A stretch of DNA of 64,000 nt, taken from the NCBI GenBank assembly GCA_024233595.1, contig JACKPK010000010.1, positions 2,373-66,372 on the forward strand, given 5' to 3'. The stretch is from Deltaproteobacteria bacterium. Lineage in GTDB: Bacteria; UBA10199; JADGCS01. The position numbers and the translations under genes were made by a program. Shown piece after piece: positions 56,494 to 64,000 of the stretch. The notes beneath the pieces are model-generated. The model worked only from the letters and a program-made list of their open reading frames with translations, was not told the DNA's origin and ran no database searches. Every line of letters starts with the position of its first letter. Position 1 is the first letter of the stretch.

Positions 56494-56967
56494 ATGAATG
56501 CGATTGATTGGGTAAACCAAAAGTACAACAAGAAAAACAATTTTCCACATTTCAAAGCTGGCGATAGCGTTCGCGTGCACGTGAAAATCAAAGAAGGCGA
56601 CAAAGAGCGTGTTCAGGTTTACGAAGGTGTTGTGATCGGTATCCACCGCAAAGGCAGTGGCTCTTCTTTCACTGTTCGTAAAGTTTCTTACGGCACAGGT
56701 GTAGAGCGTATTTTCCCATTCAGCTGCCCAGCGGTTGAAAAAATCGAAGTCACCAACGTTGGTAAAGTTCGTCGTGGTAAAATTTACTACCTTCGTGACT
56801 TGGCTGGTAAGAAAGCTCGTATTGCTTCTGTTGACAAACTTGGTTTGGCTAAACGTGAAGAAATCGACGCGGCTCGTGCTGCTGAGTTTGCAGAAGCAGC
56901 CGAAGCCGATGCAACAGAAGCTTCAGCAGAACAAGCTGATGCAGCTCCAGCTGAAAACAAAGAATAA
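56494..56967 (+). CDS. rplS: 50S ribosomal protein L19 with Ala/Glu-rich C-terminal extension
   Basis: '[29 protein letters not shown]...G....FTVRK.S.G.GVERIFP' is the canonical L19 sequence. It carries ~40 extra C-terminal residues. Confidence 0.9.
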   Translation: MNAIDWVNQKYNKKNNFPHFKAGDSVRVHVKIKEGDKERVQVYEGVVIGIHRKGSGSSFTVRKVSYGTGVERIFPFSCPAVEKIEVTNVGKVRRGKIYYLRDLAGKKARIASVDKLGLAKREEIDAARAAEFAEAAEADATEASAEQADAAPAENKE

Positions 56968-56993
56968 AAATTTAGGCTTAATCAGCTTTTATA

Positions 56994-57028
56994 AAAGGCC
57001 GGTTGTTTTTTGCAGCCGGCCTTTTTTT
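56994..57028 (+). terminator. Rho-independent terminator after rplS
   Basis: Stem ggccgg (56997-57002) / ccggcc (57016-57021), followed by ttttttt. Confidence 0.8.
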
Positions 57029-57087
57029 ATGTGTTCATTCCCGAATCATTATTGGCGCGATTTGAATTTGTGAAGTAAGGCCACTTC

Positions 57088-57687
57088 ATGGATTTACTCG
57101 CTATCGAAAAAAAACATTGGGATCATTACGAACACATTGCTGGCATAGATGAAGCCGGTCGCGGTGCCTGGGCTGGTCCTGTGTGCGCTGCTGCGGTCAT
57201 CTTAAAAAAGAACATTGGGCTTCCTGGTGTTGACGATTCAAAAAAACTCACTCCTAAAAAACGCGAAGCACTTTTTGATCTGATCACTTCGCAAGCTTTA
57301 AGTTATGGAGTCGCTTTGGTTCCAGCAGAAGAGATTGATCAAATCAACATTTTGCAAGCCACCAAAAAAGCCATGCTCATGGCTGTGGCACAATTGAATC
57401 CCCAGCCGGGTTTGTTGCTCATTGATGGCAACGCGGGCTTGGACACTAAAATACCATTTGAAACCGTAATTGATGGCGATGCCCTGAGCCAAAGCATTGC
57501 CGCGGCTTCCATTATTGCCAAGGTGACTCGTGATCGTCTGATGATTGAATTGGGTGCGCAAATTCCTGGTTATGGTTTTGAAAAGCACAAAGGCTACGGG
57601 ACTAAAATTCATCGTGAGGCCATGAAGCAACATGGTGTTCATGCTCTTCATCGTAAAAGTTACGCGCCTGTGCGTGAACTTTTGTAA
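57088..57687 (+). CDS. rnhB: Ribonuclease HII
   Basis: 199 aa with 'GIDEAGRGAWAGPV', 'DSKKL' and 'IAAASIIAKV.RD'. Confidence 0.9.
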   Translation: MDLLAIEKKHWDHYEHIAGIDEAGRGAWAGPVCAAAVILKKNIGLPGVDDSKKLTPKKREALFDLITSQALSYGVALVPAEEIDQINILQATKKAMLMAVAQLNPQPGLLLIDGNAGLDTKIPFETVIDGDALSQSIAAASIIAKVTRDRLMIELGAQIPGYGFEKHKGYGTKIHREAMKQHGVHALHRKSYAPVRELL

Positions 57688-57688
57688 A

Positions 57689-58624
57689 TTACAAATACAC
57701 AACAAAGGTCCAGGCCATGTGCACAAGATTGTCTTTTTGCAGCAAATGGCTTGGTGGTCTTGAGAAGGGCGCTGAGGTGCGGATGGTTCTGAGCGCTTCG
57801 TTATCGTATGGCGTGATGCCGGAGCTGCGCAGCATTTTGACTTCTTTGAGATTACCGTTTGAGTCCACACTGACGCCCCAGACAACAGCAATTTGGCCAC
57901 GTGATATCTGGTGAATGACAGGCCGGAGCACAGGAACAGGGTTGAACGCAAAACGAAATTTTTGTCGCAATTCGACAAAAAAGCCAACGTTGGGATTGGC
58001 TAAGGTGTTTAGGTAAGTGCGATCACCAACTTGGTAATTGCGAAGATAGTCATCGGTGTAACCACCAACAGGTGAACCTATGCTGCTTTTGAATGTGGGA
58101 GCGGGTTGTTGCTGTGCGTTTTGAAATAGCTTGGCGTATTGCTGTTTTTCTTTTTGTTGTTGATCGTTTCGGATCATTTTTAAACGGTCACGAATATCCT
58201 GCGGTTCTTGTTGCTGCGCTGATTGCTGTGCTTTGTTGTCTGGCATTTGTTTTTGCGCGGCTTGTTGCGAAGATGGAGGAGCCCCAAATTGTTGGTTGGC
58301 TTTAGAAAAACGCCGTGAGACAGTTTCTTGTTTGACGCTGGAATTGTACAAAGCTTGCGCCGAAGCTTTTTGCGGCTTTTTTTGAACTTTGGGTTTGGCA
58401 ATGTCGGCAATTTGTTGCGGGAAATTCATTTCCTGTAAATTCACCATGACCGGTTTCTGCTTGGCTTGATTCAAAGCCAGCTGCTGGGCGCTTTGGTTTT
58501 CGAAGGAATGAAACAAAAAGAAATACACCAATGGCAAGTGAATGAACAAGATGCTCAATAACAAAGCAATGAGAAAGCCATTTTTAAGCTTGTTGTTGTC
58601 TTGGTTTTTGAGTGGCGCAAACAT
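57689..58624 (-). CDS. TonB-like energy-transducer protein
   Basis: Start at ATG 58624 ('MFAPLKN'), followed by an N-terminal TM helix and a Gln/Pro/Lys-rich linker. The C-terminal TonB_C-like region reads 'G.IAVVWGVSVDSNGNLKEVKMLRSSG....D.EAL..I....F.'. Confidence 0.65.
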   Translation of the reverse strand: MFAPLKNQDNNKLKNGFLIALLLSILFIHLPLVYFFLFHSFENQSAQQLALNQAKQKPVMVNLQEMNFPQQIADIAKPKVQKKPQKASAQALYNSSVKQETVSRRFSKANQQFGAPPSSQQAAQKQMPDNKAQQSAQQQEPQDIRDRLKMIRNDQQQKEKQQYAKLFQNAQQQPAPTFKSSIGSPVGGYTDDYLRNYQVGDRTYLNTLANPNVGFFVELRQKFRFAFNPVPVLRPVIHQISRGQIAVVWGVSVDSNGNLKEVKMLRSSGITPYDNEALRTIRTSAPFSRPPSHLLQKDNLVHMAWTFVVYL

Positions 58625-58721
58625 GGGTATTCTTTCTATTAATAGGGCTCTAACAGAGTGGTTGAGCAAAACAAGTCTGTTTTAGGTTGGCCTTTAATAA
58701 TGAAAACGCTAGGTTAGCTGT

Positions 58722-60563
58722 GTGGAACAGAATGAATTGTTAAAAGAGCTAGAAAGCAAAGCCCGTCTTTTTCCGCGGTCTCCTGGCGTTTATCTTATGA
58801 AAGATAAACGCGGGCGCATTATTTATGTGGGGAAAGCCAAAAACATCAGGGCACGTTTGCGTCAGTATTTTACACTGAAGGATTCACGTTACCACATTCA
58901 GTTTTTAATGAATCGTTTGGCGGACCTGGATTTTTTACAAACCAGTAACGAGAAAGAAGCCTTACTTTTAGAAAACTCTCTGATTAAAAAGCATAAGCCA
59001 AAGTACAATCTGTTTTTAAAAGACGATAAGACTTATCAAGGGCTTAAAATTACTTTGAGGGATGAGTTTCCAAGGTTAACGACAACGCGTCGTAAAAAGA
59101 AAGATGGCGCCGAGTATTTTGGCCCTTTCACAAGTGCAGACAATCTTTACCGTGTTAAGGAATTCATTGATGAGCACTTTCAATTGCGTACCTGTTCTGA
59201 TCATGAATTTAAAAACCGCACACGGCCTTGTTTGGAGTATCAGATTCATCGGTGTTCGGCCCCCTGTGTTGATTACGTTTCCAAACAACAATACCAAGAT
59301 CAAATCCAAGCGGTTCGGCATTTTTTGCATGGGCGCAATCACGATTTAAAAAAAGTGGTCGAACAAAAGATGCAGCAGGCCGCGGACAAGGAAGACTACG
59401 AACAAGCAGCCAAGTGGCGTGATTTATTAACAAGCATGTCGACCGTTCTGGAAGGACAAAATGTCACTCATCTTTCTTTTGATTTTGTCGATGTGCTGGC
59501 CATGGAGCGGCGCGACGATAAAATTGGTTTGGCTGTGCTCATGGTGCGCGAAGGTCAATTGATTGATTCTCGTTATCACGTCTTTTTGAGCTTAGAAGAA
59601 GATGATGCTTTTCTCGAAAACTTTTTGGCGCAATATTATTCGGAGCAAGCCTTTATTCCGGGTGAGATCTTGCTGCCTTTTGCTTTAGAAAACGCAGAGG
59701 TGATAGAACAATTGTTGAGCGAGCGTGCCGGAAAACGTTGTCATTTGCGTGTGCCCAAGCGTGGCGAAAAGCGAGATCTACTCAAGATGGCGGCGCAAAA
59801 TCTGAACAGCCATTTTCTTAAAAAAGACAAACAAGAAAAAGACCAAGAAGAAATTCTAAGCAATTTGCAGAGCAAACTGCACATGGATCGTTTGCCGGAG
59901 CGCATAGAGTGTTTCGATATCTCTAATATTTCCGGAAAATTTGCTGTGGCCAGTATGGTGGTGTTTAAAAATGCTGAATCCGATAGCCAAAGCTACCGAC
60001 GGTTTAAAATCAAAAGTAAAGACACGCCTGATGACTACGCAATGATGCGTGAGGCTTTGTCGCGACGCTTTCATCGCAAAACAGATGCCTGGCAATGGCC
60101 TGATCTTTTGCTTTTGGATGGTGGCAAGGGACAGCTCAACATGGCGATTCAAGTTTTAGAAGAGCTCAATGTTGTGGGGGTGAATTTGGCCAGCATTGCC
60201 AAAGGTGCTGGAGCAGGGGCGCGCGCCAAAGGTCTTTGGGATGCCAAAAAAGAAGAAGAGATTTTTTTGCCCAACCGAAAAAATCCAGCGTCACTCAGAC
60301 GAGGCAGTTCTGAACTCATGCTTTTGCAACAGGTGCGCGATGAAGCTCATCGTTTTGCGATCACCTATCACCGAAAACTTCGCGAAGACAAAGCCAAGCA
60401 ATCGGCCTTGCAATCTGTGTCAGGAATTGGTCCCAAAAAGAGCGCGGCTTTGATCAAAATGTTTGGCTCGCTCAAAAAATTGGCCGAGGCAAGCGATGCC
60501 GAATTGCAGCAAAAAGCCAAATTGAGCCCAGAACAAATCCGACAGATTCGAGATTTGTCCTAG
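58722..60563 (+). CDS. uvrC: Excinuclease ABC subunit C
   Basis: 613 aa with a GTG start. GIY-YIG 'PGVYLMKD..GRIIYVGKAKNIRARL', a UVR domain and a C-terminal HhH. Confidence 0.95.
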   Translation: MEQNELLKELESKARLFPRSPGVYLMKDKRGRIIYVGKAKNIRARLRQYFTLKDSRYHIQFLMNRLADLDFLQTSNEKEALLLENSLIKKHKPKYNLFLKDDKTYQGLKITLRDEFPRLTTTRRKKKDGAEYFGPFTSADNLYRVKEFIDEHFQLRTCSDHEFKNRTRPCLEYQIHRCSAPCVDYVSKQQYQDQIQAVRHFLHGRNHDLKKVVEQKMQQAADKEDYEQAAKWRDLLTSMSTVLEGQNVTHLSFDFVDVLAMERRDDKIGLAVLMVREGQLIDSRYHVFLSLEEDDAFLENFLAQYYSEQAFIPGEILLPFALENAEVIEQLLSERAGKRCHLRVPKRGEKRDLLKMAAQNLNSHFLKKDKQEKDQEEILSNLQSKLHMDRLPERIECFDISNISGKFAVASMVVFKNAESDSQSYRRFKIKSKDTPDDYAMMREALSRRFHRKTDAWQWPDLLLLDGGKGQLNMAIQVLEELNVVGVNLASIAKGAGAGARAKGLWDAKKEEEIFLPNRKNPASLRRGSSELMLLQQVRDEAHRFAITYHRKLREDKAKQSALQSVSGIGPKKSAALIKMFGSLKKLAEASDAELQQKAKLSPEQIRQIRDLS

Positions 60564-60686
60564 CAAAGGCTTAAAAAGACTCGCTTTGCGAGCAGGCTAA
60601 GAATTTGTGTATTTTCTTGTGTAAAGGCCTGTATTTAGATAAGCTATTATTATCACGTCGTTTTTTGGCGTAAGCGAGCTTTTTAA

Positions 60687-62027
60687 ATGAACACAAAAGC
60701 ACAACAGCCGGTTCAAAATAAATTCTCCCCCATACGAATCACAGTCCTGAGTTTTTTGGCCCTGATCCTCTTTGGAACGGTCTTGCTCATGTTGCCGTTT
60801 TCGACAGCGGGCGCCAACACGGCTGGTTTAATCGATGCCTTTTTTACAGCGGTGTCTGCAGTTTGTGTGACAGGTCTTATTGTGCAGGACACAGCCACGT
60901 TTTTTTCTCGATTTGGACAAGGCGTGATTCTTATTTTGATTCAGCTGGGTGGTTTGGGCATCATGAGTTTGTACGCAGCACTCCCTGTTATTTTTGGGGC
61001 GCAGTTGCGTCTTTCGCAACGCCGCATGTTTAGCGCTATCTTTGAAGCCGATAACTACACCAGTTTAAAGCAAACCATTCGTGCGATCGTAAAATACACT
61101 TTCATCATTGAATCTTTGGGCGCCATCATTTTGAGCCTGCGTTTTTATTACCTGCTAGATGATTTGAAAAAAGCAATTTTCTACGGCGTATTTCATTCTG
61201 TCAGTGCGTTTTGTAACGCGGGCTTTGCGTTGTTTAGCGATAGCTTGATTCAATTCAGTGGCGATTGGATCATCAACATAGTCATCTCGTCTTTGTATAT
61301 TTTAGGTGGTCTGGGCTTTGTGGTTTTGTTTCAGCTCATTCATCGCCGCTCTTTTAAAAAACTCTCAGCAAATTCTAAATTAGCGGTTGTGTCCACATTG
61401 GTCTTGATCATTGTGCCAAGTATCATTGTGTTTCATTTTGAATTCAACAATGCCTTTGTGGGGCGTGGCATTGGCGAGAAAACCCTGCTGACCTTTTTAC
61501 AAGTCACCTCCACAAGAACAGCTGGTTTTAATTCCATTGATCTCAATCTTTTTAGCAACGCGACTTTATTTTTATTTTGCATCTTGATGTTTGTTGGGGC
61601 TTCTCCTGGGGGCAGTGGCGGTGGTGTTAAAACCACCACAGCGGGTTTGATGTTCTTATCGATTCGGTCTATTTTTAAAGGCCAGCCCGATATCGAGTGT
61701 TTTGGTCGTCGTGTTCCTCGTGATGTGGTCACGCGCTCTGTGGCAATCATTGCGATTGGTTTTTCGATTGTTACGGTGTTCATCATTGCGCTCATGATGA
61801 TTGAAGAAGCGTCTTTTGTGCATGTGTTTTTTGAAGTGATTTCTGCGTTCAGCACAGTTGGTTTGTCGCTGGGGTTAACGCCTGAGTTAACCGATTGGGG
61901 TAAGTTTTTGATTAGTATCGTGATGTTTGTGGGGCGTATTGGAACCCTGTCATTGATCTTCTTGATCGGTGCAGAAGACAAAAGCCCCAGCTATCAGTTC
62001 CCATTGGGAAAATTTATGGTCGGTTGA
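60687..62027 (+). CDS. ktrB: TrkH/KtrB-family potassium uptake membrane subunit
   Basis: 446 aa with repeated pore-loop motifs ('CVTGL', 'SAFCNAGF', 'TRTAGF', 'FSTVGLSLG') and 'GASPGGSGGGVKTTT'. Confidence 0.85.
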   Translation: MNTKAQQPVQNKFSPIRITVLSFLALILFGTVLLMLPFSTAGANTAGLIDAFFTAVSAVCVTGLIVQDTATFFSRFGQGVILILIQLGGLGIMSLYAALPVIFGAQLRLSQRRMFSAIFEADNYTSLKQTIRAIVKYTFIIESLGAIILSLRFYYLLDDLKKAIFYGVFHSVSAFCNAGFALFSDSLIQFSGDWIINIVISSLYILGGLGFVVLFQLIHRRSFKKLSANSKLAVVSTLVLIIVPSIIVFHFEFNNAFVGRGIGEKTLLTFLQVTSTRTAGFNSIDLNLFSNATLFLFCILMFVGASPGGSGGGVKTTTAGLMFLSIRSIFKGQPDIECFGRRVPRDVVTRSVAIIAIGFSIVTVFIIALMMIEEASFVHVFFEVISAFSTVGLSLGLTPELTDWGKFLISIVMFVGRIGTLSLIFLIGAEDKSPSYQFPLGKFMVG

Positions 62028-62045
62028 TCACGAGAAAGGTAAGCT

Positions 62046-62729
62046 ATGGTACAGATTGCAGTCATTGGATTGGGTGACTTTGGATACAAACTAGCAACGT
62101 CGTTACACGATTTTGGTGCCGAGGTCATTGCGATCGATAAAAAAGAAGAACTGGTTGATCGCATTAAAGACAGTGTTGCTCAGTCCGTTCAGCTTGATGC
62201 CACCAAAGAAAACGCATTACGCGATATCGGTATTTCAGAAGTCGATGCGGGGGTGGTGGCCATTGGAACCAATGTTGAAGAAAACATCATGGTGACCACT
62301 TTGCTAAGACGCATGGGAGTGACCCGCATCATTGCGCGTGCCATGTCAAACTTGCACGAAAAAATATTAGACGAAGTTGGTGCTTCTAAAATCATTCGTA
62401 TTGAAGAACAAATGGGCGATCAGATCGCGCGTTGGTTGGTGGCTCCTCACGTGTTGCAGCAGGTTAAGTTTTCTTCTGGGTACACGCTGGTCGAAATGAA
62501 GCCCAAAAAAGAATTCATTGGGAAAAAGGTTTGTGATTTGCAATTGCGCGAACAATACAAAGTGAACATCGCGGCTTTGCAAAAAAGAATTTTATCGATC
62601 GATGACGATGGCAAATCAATTTACAAAATTGAAACGCGCTCACCGCCAACACCAGACGAGATTGTGAACGAAGATGATATTTTGGTTTTGGTTGGAATGG
62701 ACGCAGCGATTTACGCCATCACGAAGTAA
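62046..62729 (+). CDS. ktrA: TrkA/KtrA-family K+ transport regulatory subunit (RCK_N + RCK_C)
   Basis: 227 aa with 'IAVIGLGDFG' (Rossmann motif). Its size and position after ktrB fit KtrA. Confidence 0.85.
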   Translation: MVQIAVIGLGDFGYKLATSLHDFGAEVIAIDKKEELVDRIKDSVAQSVQLDATKENALRDIGISEVDAGVVAIGTNVEENIMVTTLLRRMGVTRIIARAMSNLHEKILDEVGASKIIRIEEQMGDQIARWLVAPHVLQQVKFSSGYTLVEMKPKKEFIGKKVCDLQLREQYKVNIAALQKRILSIDDDGKSIYKIETRSPPTPDEIVNEDDILVLVGMDAAIYAITK

Positions 62730-62744
62730 GAGAAGGGGAAGTTC

Positions 62745-63998
62745 ATGAATTCTTCGATTGAAAAACGCATTAAGGTCATTGTGGCCATAGCTTTCACCTT
62801 GGTGGTGATGATGGCGGGTGTGTCCTTGTATTATTTTTCCATCATCAACGATAGCTTGGAGCAAGAAATCTTAGCGGATATCCGCCGTGAGCGTTTAGGA
62901 CAACAGCTTAAAGCTGCTTATTTTGATTTGCAAAATGAAGAACGCAAGATGTCGCTAGAAATCGTAAATGGTGGCGATGGGATTTTTTTGGCAGGTCTTA
63001 GCGATAAAATTGACCCTGTGGTGGCTTCTCTTGAAGAGCTCAACGAGCTCATCACTAAGTTTGAAGCCCTAGGGCCATCGCCTAAAAACCAGGAACGCCT
63101 GGTGACTTTGGCCAAGCAAAGTCGTTCTTACAGAGAACTCTTAAAAAAATTACGCAAAGAAGAGATCCAAAGAAAAGAACTTTTAGAACGTTTTGAAACT
63201 CAGTACACGGGCTTGCTTTTTGAGCGTCGTGAAGAGCTTATTAAAACCATAAATCATATTTTGGCGACAAGCGCGGAGCGTTTTGCCAAACACGAGGCTT
63301 ACATTTACCGGCTCATCACCGATGCCAATCAGAACATGCTCATCATGATGCTCTTAATGTTTGCTGCGGCGATCATCATCTACATGACGCCTCGTCGCGT
63401 GACGCGTCCGATTCGGGTTTACATTAATGCCATCCGTGAATTGCGGGAACTAAAGTTTGAAACGCGTTTGCCTATTTCGAGCGACAACGAGCTCAGCCAA
63501 TTGGGCCAAGAGATCAATGCTTTTGTCGATACCTTTGTTGAATTTGACGAGATGAAGCGCAAGAAAATCCAGTTTGAAAAACGCAAATACCAAGTTTTGT
63601 CCGATATCCTCAATTTAGGGGTTGTGATCATTTCGATTGAGGGCGAGGTTTTGTTCTTGAATGCGCAGATGGCTAAATTTTTGCAGTTGGGCACCGAGAG
63701 TTTTCAAAAGAAAGATTTTCACTTTGTGCGTTTGCCTGAAGAAATGAAAGAGCTGTTCGAAGACGCGATTCAAAAGAAAGAAAAGTTTGAGAACCGCATG
63801 ATCATCCTCAACTACGAAAAAGAAGACGAGAATGGCGAAAGCAGTGAAGAGGCTGTTGAGCTTTTGGTCGATGCGGGTATGGTGCGAAACTATGTCGGTG
63901 ACGTCGCCAACATCATCCTGACCTTTGAGGACATTTCTGGTGGGCCAGAGGGGTCTATTTTCAAGAGGATCTCGTTTCGCAAAGAAAACGTGTCTTAA
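62745..63998 (+). CDS. Membrane sensor protein with HAMP and PAS-like domains, no recognisable output domain
   Basis: 417 aa: TM, ~170-aa helical region, TM, then a HAMP-like 'RPIRVYINAIRELRELKFETRLPISSDNELSQLGQEIN', then a PAS-like ~130 aa. Confidence 0.6.
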   Translation: MNSSIEKRIKVIVAIAFTLVVMMAGVSLYYFSIINDSLEQEILADIRRERLGQQLKAAYFDLQNEERKMSLEIVNGGDGIFLAGLSDKIDPVVASLEELNELITKFEALGPSPKNQERLVTLAKQSRSYRELLKKLRKEEIQRKELLERFETQYTGLLFERREELIKTINHILATSAERFAKHEAYIYRLITDANQNMLIMMLLMFAAAIIIYMTPRRVTRPIRVYINAIRELRELKFETRLPISSDNELSQLGQEINAFVDTFVEFDEMKRKKIQFEKRKYQVLSDILNLGVVIISIEGEVLFLNAQMAKFLQLGTESFQKKDFHFVRLPEEMKELFEDAIQKKEKFENRMIILNYEKEDENGESSEEAVELLVDAGMVRNYVGDVANIILTFEDISGGPEGSIFKRISFRKENVS

Positions 63999-64000
63999 AC

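Overview
A 64-kb chromosomal window from a moderately AT-rich bacterium. I recognised no rRNA, tRNA, CRISPR array, transposase or phage genes. Several genes suggest a Bdellovibrio-like predator (Bdellovibrionota): a TIGR02147-type HTH protein, a short histone-fold protein resembling Bdellovibrio Bd0055, a long-form IspG and many TPR-enzyme fusions. That taxonomic call is inference only. About 50 protein genes are supportable. Housekeeping genes are rpsT, rplS, rnhB, uvrC, ispG, cstA, ktrAB, a TAXI-TRAP transporter and a GspE/PilB-type ATPase. Items worth a second look: (1) a 76-aa histone-fold protein with a lysine-rich N-terminal tail next to rpsT. (2) A lysine-fermentation gene set (kdd, kamA, kamD, kamE, kal) with unusual architecture: a hybrid sensor kinase sits inside it, no kce is visible, and a DAG-kinase-like enzyme plus an SDR are translationally coupled to kal. 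(3) A tightly coupled operon of three tandem paralogs of an unrecognised ~250-aa family plus a 131-aa protein, next to an AAA+/DUF4143 ATPase. (4) A TIGR02147 regulator flanked by divergent paralogous acidic Cys-rich lipoproteins, with GTTTACAA repeats in the shared AT-rich control region. (5) A module of small protein, terminator, double cupin, MFS and M3 peptidase. (6) A 650-bp structured non-coding cassette with REP-like inverted repeats, and a G-rich TAGGGNN heptamer repeat that recurs exactly at three gene 3' ends. (7) Sharply bounded frameshift-dense patches (1-4300, 7604-7939, 45868-48360, 54886-55214) among otherwise intact genes. These are either real pseudogenisation or local assembly error. 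All homology calls come from motif recognition by eye; no searches were run.
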